Assembly: GCF_000181795.1 (NCBI RefSeq) | Contig: NW_003526947.1 | Location: 127,960 to 191,959, forward strand | Reading direction: 5' to 3' | From: Trichinella spiralis | Taxonomy: Eukaryota | Length of the DNA: 64,000 nucleotides | Shown here: in pieces, positions 54,101 to 64,000 of the stretch | How positions within the stretch are numbered: the first letter of the stretch is position 1 | Layout: every line of letters starts with the position of its first letter | Translations under genes and position numbers: made by a program | Notes under the pieces: generated by a model | The model's input: only the letters and a program-made list of their open reading frames with translations | Databases searched by the model: none | Told to the model about the DNA's origin: nothing

Positions 54101-56396
54101 TTTTACGATGGATTGTCTTATTTTTATCCAGTATTATTATTTATTTAAATTTTGAATAAAAATTACAAATAAATAGAACAATAATAATATGGTAAAGATC
54201 AATCTATTCTTTTTTAAGCATATTTATTTAAAAACAAATAAAATTCTGCTCATATTATTACACAATGACAGTTTATTAAATGTTTTGTTGTTGCAATACT
54301 GCAAACTGCCAGTTGAAGTAATACATTTTTCAAAACATCATTTTAAAATAAAAAGCAGTACGTTTTACAAACACGCATACAAACTGTACATATATATATA
54401 TGTGCGTACGTGACAAAATAGCCTGATTGCCGGATATTTCTTCAACTGCCGTCATTTATCAAAGAACGTATATTTTGACTGGAAAAAATGCAAATGCAAA
54501 ACCAACTTTCTCAGCTTTCTGGCACAGTTTTATTGGACCTTCAAATGGTGCATTTGTGATGGTATGTGATAACGCTTTTTCATTTTCATATTCAGTAATA
54601 GCATCAAATTAGAGGCTCAGTTTTGTTCTCTATTATTATTGCCTCCTTTTCTCTCCATTTTATCATATTTATTCATTGTTATTGTTTAACGCGGTTTTGC
54701 AGTTTTCAACAGATTTTTATTCATTACAACCATTGAAATACAATTTCACAATGATAAATAAATAAATAATATATATATATATGTACAGATATACATCACA
54801 GATTGTATTTTTCTTGTTCACTGCCACTGTTGCGTCCAGCTTACACTGGACATCTTTAACATGGCGCTATTTGGAAAGAAATAAATGCAAGTATTCAAAT
54901 TTTGACGTACTGAACATATCAAGTACGAACAGCAATCATAGCATAAAATCAATCCACTGCTTCCTGTTTTTTATATGAACTTCAGATGTATAATTCATTT
55001 TTTGATAAAAACAAAATAGCAAGCAATAACACAGAACAAGCAACATGTTCGATTCGAATAATTTTCCATCTGTTCATTCAGCAAAAAATACCTGATTTTC
55101 ATAATTTAGAAAAGTTTTTTTTCTTCCATTTGCATTTTCAGAAAAATAAATTCTATTGAATATTCTATATTTATACTATATAAACACGCGTCTGAAGTAC
55201 GTACGTGAAATAAAATTATAAAATATTATCTGTTAGGATTTTGATTGAGGTAAAAACATGAACAGCAGAATGTCATACCAGAAGAATAGAAATCAGAATC
55301 AGCAGAAGAATAGAAATACTGTAGGCTTTATAAATAGGCATTAGTATATAGCATTATTGTCGGTTTTAAGGACATTTTAATGGCAATGTTGCTTTTGTAA
55401 TATAGTTACTGCTCGAAATACGAAGGTAAGGTTGAGTGTGTATGCACTTGTAGACAACACTGCTGTGCAGTAAAAACGGTGTGAACGAATAAAGCTCCTG
55501 CGTTACTTGCTTGAACCAAGCAAGCAGTTGCGCTTACCTGAACCCTGAATACCGGGTTGATAATGTATAAAAAACCAGAACTGAACGTTAACTCGACCAG
55601 ACGACGTGATTAAATACCAGTGCGAAGGAAACAGACCGTGAACAGTGCCTCCTGCTACACTCACCACCGAGGGTGGTGGACCAACTTGAGCGCAATCTAT
55701 TTGCACTTATCGCTCTGAACCGACGAGATTGACAAAAGAAATTGGCGCGATCAAAAAGCAAATTAATCACAACTTTCGACTTGACATTATTTTGATTATG
55801 CACGCAAATTTGTTGCCTGAATCGAAACAAATGCCTGAATATTTAAACTAAAATGAGATCCATTCTGTTTGATACGTGTACTACTTCTCACTACTACTAA
55901 ACTTTCACTGATTACTACTACTAAAGAACATAAAAACCAAAAACAGGCGAGTTTTTCAACAACTTTATTCATTAGTCCATTAAACGTAACAAAAGTTGCC
56001 AATAAAAGTGCACATCAGCTCGACATCTTTACCATTACAAAACTAAGTATAGTATTTTTTTAAAAAAATAGTGGAATCGGCAACCGCCATTCCTCACAGA
56101 ATATTGTATTACGTAAACAAACTCGACTGAAGGCACCGAGCATTTTTCTCTTTAAAGACAATATATCTATCCAAAATTACCAAAAATCATCACATTTTAT
56201 AGGTATAGGGATATGAATATGAATATGAATATAAATATAAATATAGATGAAATTTGCTTTTTAAGAAAAAAAGGCAACGGTAAAAGTGACGTTGCCTACG
56301 AGTTTTACGAGATTACTTTGAACTTGTGCCATGCTTAAATGACAAAGCAACTGTGCAAGCAAAGCACGTTCTCCAAAAAATTGTTGGCCAATTTTA

Positions 56397-59300
56397 TCAA
56401 TTTGCGTTCCAATAGCCATAGCCAACTTTACTGCCCGGCGGCATGTTGCTCCCTTGACGGCCGGATGCCTGGTTGGCGTTGTACCGATTGTGCTGACCAG
56501 GATTCGACGCACTCTCTTCAAATGCAAATTTCAACAATTAAGTAAATATAACAAATATGCAAATTAATGAACAACTTACCAGCACCTCCTTGCATTCCGA
56601 TCGACTGGCTGTTCGATGCCATTGCCGCCGCAATGGTGGAATTCATCATCGGACCAGGCATGTAGCCGGGCGGATGACCTGCATAACCAGCGTTTGGGAA
56701 AGCAGGATACGGTGGTGTTCCTGTTCCCGCGAGCGCCGACTGGACATGCGAAGTATTTCCGACGCCATACTTGCCTGGTTCATACGGCATCTAAATGAAT
56801 AAATAAAATTTATTGACATGCCTTTCACGTACAGAAAATCAATTCATCATACAAAATAATAATCTACATATATACTATATTCGGTAAAAACATTTTCTTC
56901 TTCTAAATCAGTATTTATCAACCAGCGGAGGAGGGAGAACGTACGAAGGTTCCTGGGGGAAGAGGAGGGGGGAGGTGTGGGAAGTAAGAATTTTTAGTAC
57001 TGCACAGGCAAAGGTGTTCGAAATTCGAAAGTTCATTTCTGTTGCAACGTAAAGTAGTTCTCGAGCTCGTGGATTTCTAATTTATGCGGCTCCTGAGATG
57101 CCTAGTCAATAGATATCATCATCATGTTATTTATAAATGCATTGACAAACCGCTCGCCTGCATATCATGGTAGTCATTTTTATTTTGATGCTGGTGACTT
57201 TTCGTTCCCCAATGAACTGTTTCTCACAGTTTGGTCAACTTCAGGCTAAATTTTCACCACCTTTTCTTACTGGTCATCTCAGTTTTAGCTTAACAGCCTC
57301 AGCTGTGCACAGTTTATCACTTACCTTTGTACTAAAATCATATCGTACTGCATCTTGGCTTGATGCAACCACGAAGCAACAATCTGCTTTGCGTACACAC
57401 AATACATACTGCACTAGTTATTTTTTTTTGGGGGGGGGGGAGGGTATCAACTGCACAACTTTTATTAAGAGATAAGGAGGGGGCGTGTGCTGACACGGGT
57501 TGAAAACCACTGCTCTAAATGCTGAGAAGAAAAATCATTTCTCTCATTACCCATAAATACTTTTAAAAATATTTTGTAAATAAAAATGACTATGAAAAAC
57601 TTCGCTTGCGTGTATGTATGTAATTTTGAGCATTTGAAATATGAACAACTGCTCCACTTTTTTCTCGCGTTTTAAAAGCAAAAAAAATTATTTTCTCCTA
57701 TTTCCACTAAAAGACTTTTGTAATCACGGATGATCAATTTCTCGTTTGGTAATTTCAAGAAAAGAATGAAAAGCGAAAATTCTCGACAACAGAAAAACTG
57801 TTAAAATTGATTTAACCTAATCACAAATGTAATTTTATGCAAATAAAATTTAAAAAAAAGATAAAATACTTACTTTCAATGTCGAACTGTACGGTCGGTG
57901 ACTGGTACCGTCGGCAGCAGAGTGACTGCCAGTTGAACAAGTGTTCATGCTTCCAGCCGCCTTCAGTTGGTTGGATCCGCCAGCGGAGTAATTACCCCTC
58001 TCCGGATGAACCGTAGCAGGCATTTCCTCGTAAGCTGAAAATTAAAAACAAAAAGTCAGTTGAGCAAGTTGAAATTAATGAAAAACGAACAATTATTGAA
58101 CCCCTGTCCCGAATAGACAGGGACGCCAGTCTTGTTCTGAACATTCACTGAATTGGACACGGACGTGCAAGTGCTGACAGCCGTCGGAACTTGAAAACCA
58201 CCAACGCCCGTCTCAACAATTCCTCGAGGACCCATTCGATTACGATCCTGAAGCAAAAAAAAAAATATATATATATATATATAATTCATATTGACAACAA
58301 TAAACAAATTCTGTGTTCGCAATTTTACCGAAAAATGAGAATAGGGTGGTGCAAAGCCCATCATCGAGTGTTGCTGTCCCCCGACCACGTTGGGTGGCGT
58401 AGCGAACGGATGACCGGCTCCTGCAGGCACCCCTGTAGAGGCGCCGTGTCCAGAGGGGGCCAGGCTCAAATTCGACATCGTCTGATGCAAGTTGGCCGCC
58501 GCCGCAGCACTGTTCATCGACTCTCCACGATTCATTTGCGGCTTGTAATCAGCTGCACCTTGAAAATAAAAATGAAAAACGAATAAACGCAACAACAGAA
58601 ATATTTTTTTTCTTATTAAATTAAAAAAAATTTAAGCAAGAAAAAACTCAAAAACAAAACTGAAAAAAATGCAAAATAAATAAAGGATAAATCAAACGAC
58701 TATTATATTACCTGTATCCCGAGCGTTTCCTTGTCCTGACGCCAGTTGTTGCATAGCGTTCAGTGAATTCAAATCATACGAATTGTTGAAAAGTAAATTT
58801 GGAGCCGGAAGAAACCCAAGTTGATTCATTTGGTCGTACATCCCCTGTAAATAAATTTGAAAAAAAAAATATATATGAGTCTGTATTGCTATGTTCTGAT
58901 ATGCTAAAAAGAAAATAAAACTTCACTAACCATGTAAGGCGACATGCCAGCGGCAGGTAGTGGTGGCTGAAAAGGGGCTGCCAGTGGGTTCACAGCCGGA
59001 TTCCCCCCTGCAGACATTGCCGCTGGCCTGTGACCTGAAAAATACAAAAAGAACAAAAATGAATACAATTACAACATAAATGAAAAGCACGTATTTCTTT
59101 TCTTTTTTTTTTACCAAACACATTGCAAGCAGCAGTGTAAGTTCTGTTGTTGTACATTTGATTCGACGGTGTCTCACCACGATTCAGCAGCGCTGTAGTG
59201 TTCGCGTTAGTCTGAAAACAAAGCAAAGTATGCAAAAATAAATAATATAAAACTGCAACTTCAAACATAAATTTCATTTCAAGATACAAATAAAAAGTAA

Positions 59301-62300
59301 ATAAACAAAAAAAAACTGCTAATAACCGACCTGCGCCCGTATACTAGCGTCCGTCGATACAGACGAAGGCGTGTCGTTTAAGTTTGAGCTAACTCGCATA
59401 GTCATTCCCTCCGGGCCGCCATGATGCATATCTAAAAAATATTCAATACAAATTAATTTTGATGCGTTATTTTGCAAAATAAAAAAATATATTAAAAAGT
59501 ACCTTTCTTTTCGTCGCCGACTGATGGTGGACCGACACCGCTACCTTTGGACATCATAGCCATATCCAATTCATTTGAACCCATAGGCTGTGTCATCCCG
59601 CCAATAGGATAAGTGGAGGACATCGTGTTTCCACCCCGTCCCATCATTCCATGAGCCGAACCGGTTGCGTGCAGATTTATCGACACTGAACTCAACTGAT
59701 CCTTACTGTTCGCTGTAACGTACATTGGCGATGAAGCATCCGTCGCCATTTTGCCTTTTCCCATAAATCTACAATAAAGTAGAACAATCTCCGTAGATTT
59801 AATAAACTCACAACAACAAGAAAGCTTTACTCTTGGCCAGCCAGGTGACTACGATTCTGATAATCACGCATCACACCAGGATGCGCATTGGAGATGGAGT
59901 CGATCTGATATTTGGATTTCGCCTGACCCGTAATGTACTGCTGTCCTTTCACCATTTCACGTTGGTAAGCTAACTAAAATTAAGCCTTCATAACAACTAG
60001 TAATAACAGCAATTTGTATCACCACCATCCCCACGTACACTTCTAACTACTACCTATTGCACTATTTTCCCTATTAAAAAAGCAAATATCATCTGTCGCA
60101 GTAAAAGTAACTTAATTTTTTTCAAACAAAAAACATCTTCACACGTAAAATCAAATTCAAAATGTAAAATGTACATCCTAGAACATTGTGAAATTACTTT
60201 AAAAATGAATTAAAACTATAATATCGTTAATTACAAAACTGAATGCCAAATAAAATACAGTTGACATTGATTGATCACTGCAGAATAAATAATAGTAAAA
60301 AAAACACGCAGATATAGATTATTAAAGTGTATTACAGAATTCAATTAAAACCTGTGAAATAGAATTTTTGTACATCAGACTGAAGCATTACGCTCCGAGC
60401 AATAAAAATGAACAAATCACGCTATATATATATAAACTCTCATTCGCGCAGATATTTCAATTGACTGACTGAATATAATCGTCAACACCTCCGCGCAATG
60501 CTGCTAATTCAAATTTATCAATCTTATTATTTGTTTAGAAACTGCTGACCATCTGAGAACAACATAAAAAGCTAATCAGTTCTTATTTTCATATGAAATT
60601 AACCACAATCTAGTTCAGCTTGAATTTCTTTCTGTTTTTCCAAATCGATCACCATATTAAACATGATAAATACATTCTTCCGATATAAGATGTATTAGAG
60701 TAAAATACTTTCATCCAAATTAGTAATAAAAAACTTCAGATTATTTATTTATTGAAGCACCTGTTCTGCATTATAAATACTAGGAGTGCTTGCATTTTTA
60801 ATATACTAATTGGAATTTTTATCCGGAATATCTTACTGAGAGCATTGTTCAATTCTTATTTAAATAAAATTGCACATTAATAACATACATTCATAGTTAC
60901 AATTTTAAAAGGTTAACCAATACATTATCATCGAGTTTGAAAAAAAACATTTAGTTGTTATAATAATGAAAACAACTATTAAAATAAATCAACATTTGGT
61001 TAAATAAACTGCTTTTTCTATAAAAACAGACAACGCTAAAAAATAATTGTTCTCCATTGAAAATAATTTTCTAAAATTTCAAATTCTATTCAATGAATAA
61101 AAAATATATATATATATATATATATAATGAAACTGCTTTCAAGGCGTAATTAGGAATCGAATAATTTGGCTGGCATGATATTGAATGGAAGTGAACACGG
61201 ACAATGAAGCCCGTAAGTGAACAAAAGAAAACTCCACCTGCAACTGATCAAGCGGAAACGTGACCGCTAAGTGGCCAGACAGCTAAATAAATAATAATAA
61301 ACCATTCTAGATGTCTGATCGTCGACCAATAAATGACCATTCAACGATAACCACCATATCACACGTCACTTACCTCGTCAAGACTTTTCTGATTTTCGTG
61401 AATCCCTGTCGTCATTCCATCCGGCATGTTTGACATTTTGAAAGGCTTGGCTTTTCCAATCTGAAAAACAAAAAACAAATTCAATTACGACTGCCGTACA
61501 AAAATGATGCTTTCTTCCTGCAATTATCGAAAGAGATTTGTATATTTCTATATCACTAGCTTACTCCGAGTTCATTTTTCAACGCGTCCGTCGCTAACTG
61601 ATTCCATTCCTCTCTGGTGGAAGCTCCCAAATATAAATCCCCATCATTGTTCGCTGAAACCAAACTCGATCCCATTGGTGCCGCTAATGATGGTGTATAG
61701 AAAACGGAATTGTTTCCACCTGAAGCTAACGGCTGCTCAACCACACTACACCACGAGAAAAAAAAACAAAAATCAACGAAAGCACAAAAAAGAAAACAAT
61801 TTAAATTCTAACTTCACGGGCTGGGGGGCAAAAGTGGCGCAGGGATTACCCGTTGCCAATTTGGCCGATTCCATCGGTGGAACCTGCTGGAACATTGACA
61901 TGTCTTGCAGCACCACAGCACCGCTGTCCAGTGTCCCTTGATGCATGTCGTTACGAACAGCCTTAGATGCAGTGAATACTTTAGGACCTTTAGTCTGCAG
62001 CAAAAGTGAAAGAAAAAAAGACAAGCAAATGAAGTTTTTGCAAAAAATAAAAAATGAGAAACAGCTGGAACAAGTTCTCAAAAATACGCATATAAATCAA
62101 AAGAACAGCCATACCCATTCTTCATCTGCTTCGTTATTCCATTCGTCAACTGGCCAACCGTCGGCAGCGGGTGATGCCGACGGCACTGTTTCGTTTTGAA
62201 CTTTACCACTTTCCTTCGCCTTGGCAGCCTCTTTCTCCAATTCAGCTGTGGCAATTGAATTTTGCCAAGTTCCAATCTTAGACGTTTTGTCTTCAAACAA

Positions 62301-62664
62301 AGACGCTCCACCCATTTGCCAGACTAAAAGCAAGAAAAAAATATTAAAATAAAAAAAACGAAAACCAATCGATCGCAGAAAATATCGTTGCGCAATTCAC
62401 CGTTCACTTTTTCATTCGTAAAAACGTTCGAATGATAACTACCGTGTCGACCCATTGAGGATGTTCTTCTCGAAGAATTGGCAGAATAGCGCCTGAAAGT
62501 CATTTTCATTTTCGAAATTACAAGAAACAAAAAAAATTTTTTTTTTGAATATAAAACCTACCCTCGGCCACGCCCGCGTGCGCCAGACATGTTACGTCCA
62601 CGTCCGCCACGATCCGTTCTCGGGAAATTTTCATCCAATCGATCCCTGTCCTTGCCCCATGAAA
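56397..62664 (-). CDS. Lingerer/UBAP2(L)-like RNA-granule protein; partial, 5' exons (including the UBA domain) not resolved or beyond the window
   Basis: RGG exon (RGGRGRNMSGARGRGR, ~62562-62664). DEWNNEADEEW-TKGPKVFTAS matches the UBAP2L W..EDW...KIFTAS motif. A low-complexity P/G/S/Q body includes GTPPY. The C-terminus GYGYWNAN* resembles the UBAP2L YSWGAN end. Many short GT-AG introns. Confidence 0.75.
56909..57512. mobile_element. hAT-family MITE (~600 bp) in an intron of the UBAP2L-like gene
   Basis: TIRs CAGTATTTATCAACC and GGTTGAAAACCACTG. Flanks TTCTAAAT (56901-56908) and CTCTAAAT (57513-57520) form a 7/8 TSD. Confidence 0.8.
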
Positions 62665-64000
62665 CTGAAAAAAAAATTACATCAATACAATTGTGCACGG
62701 TTATTTATCATACGAGGCAACCGATAAACAAAAGTTTATCTAGCAACGTTTATGCGAACAAATATTTGCAGAACTGAAAAAGCAATGATGATAAATGCAG
62801 ATTTTGATTTTAAAACGACAAAAATTAAACCGATAAGAGGAGTAAACAAATGCTTCATCAACTAAACTACACTTCACTACCCATTGTGAACTTCAATGAA
62901 AAAAAAAGATAACTAACTACTACTTCCACGCATTTAAATGATAACATGCTCGGAAGAATACAAATATTACAGATAACCAACTTTCGATGAACAATAGTGC
63001 TAAATTACTACGACTTTCGCAATTAATTCACGCTAACCATTATATACACACAGCGGCTACCTTTGTCCGCATCAGAAGCCCATCCAATCACTTACTCGCA
63101 TTGTCAAAAAAAATCAATGCATATTTATTTACCTGACCAGAGTTGACTTCAATAATAATTCAGTTAAAAACAATAAATAAAAAATTAACACATTTTCCAA
63201 TACAATTTATTTGCATTCATTGATATTGAAAAAGAAAATTTACTGACCATATTTTTGCACACTGCATAACTTCAAAATAAATACTTGAAATTAATGATAA
63301 AAGCAATCATCGATGTCAAGATTTACAAAAATCGTTTTGCGTCAAAAATTTTGCAATGAAATATGAAACTGAATTGACCTAAATCATCCTACCTGCACAC
63401 ATGTGTTCATTTTGTTTCTGCATGCATCTGAGAAATGTAGGCTAACTGAATACGTGAATAAAAGAAAAAAAAGACAAAGAAGAAATCAACGAAAAAAAAC
63501 ACTCCGACCAGTAGAAATTTTTACAACCTTTCTCCCACCAGAATCATTTATGAAATAACAGTACGCTCAATATTACAACTGCAACTGATCTAATCTAAAT
63601 TGCTTTTAATAAATATTCCATTTAAAATTTATTTGAAAACTGTCAGATTATTGTTTAAAAATAAATAATTTTCGAAAAATAAAAGATTCAATTTAGGCAC
63701 TGTTGTATTTTCAGATTAGACAAACAAGAAAAGACGAAAACGTGATACAGAAAAATTGATAAAACTTGAACCGCCAGTGTTGATTACAAAACAGTAGAAG
63801 AGATAAAATCACTAATGGAAAAGGCATCTAGAGAATTCCGCGGAATCCAGCAGAAAAAAAAAGAATATTTATGAAATAAGCTTAAAATTTAACTGAGATA
63901 AAAGGAATAGAAAAACAAAGTAAGAATGAAAACAGTGAAAGTGGAAAAAAGCAGAAAACAGTTTACAAACCGGTTATGCTTTTACGTTGTGTTGTTTACA

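Noticed and set aside
56397..62664. GW182/TNRC6 as the identity of the Trp-containing low-complexity gene
   Set aside because: Few GW repeats. The RGG box, KVFTAS motif and YWNAN terminus fit lingerer/UBAP2L better.

Overview
AT-rich eukaryotic (metazoan) genomic DNA with short GT-AG introns. Gene content, intron style and transposon types suggest an early-branching nematode such as Trichinella; this is inference, not a database result. Supported genes, in order: a multi-exon CACHD1-like VWA/Cache membrane protein (-), an intronless achaete-scute bHLH gene (+), an intronless globin with a myristoylation-type N-terminus and probable distal Gln (+), a CAMTA-like IQ-repeat gene apparently lacking the CAMTA N-terminal domains (+), a secreted Ly6/three-finger-like protein (-), a divergent calmodulin (-), and the 3' part of a lingerer/UBAP2(L)-like RGG gene (-). 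Mobile DNA: a decayed BEL/Pao LTR element next to an assembly gap, a MULE fragment, two Tigger/pogo remnants, and hAT MITEs with 8-bp target-site duplications. The most notable unexplained signal is a GC-rich ~500-nt non-coding block just 3' of the achaete-scute gene (about 18742-19236). By eye it folds into many helices whose G-U pairs favour the + strand, with long-range and crossing pairings, a T9 run and AAUAAA-containing hairpins. It is a candidate unannotated structured RNA.
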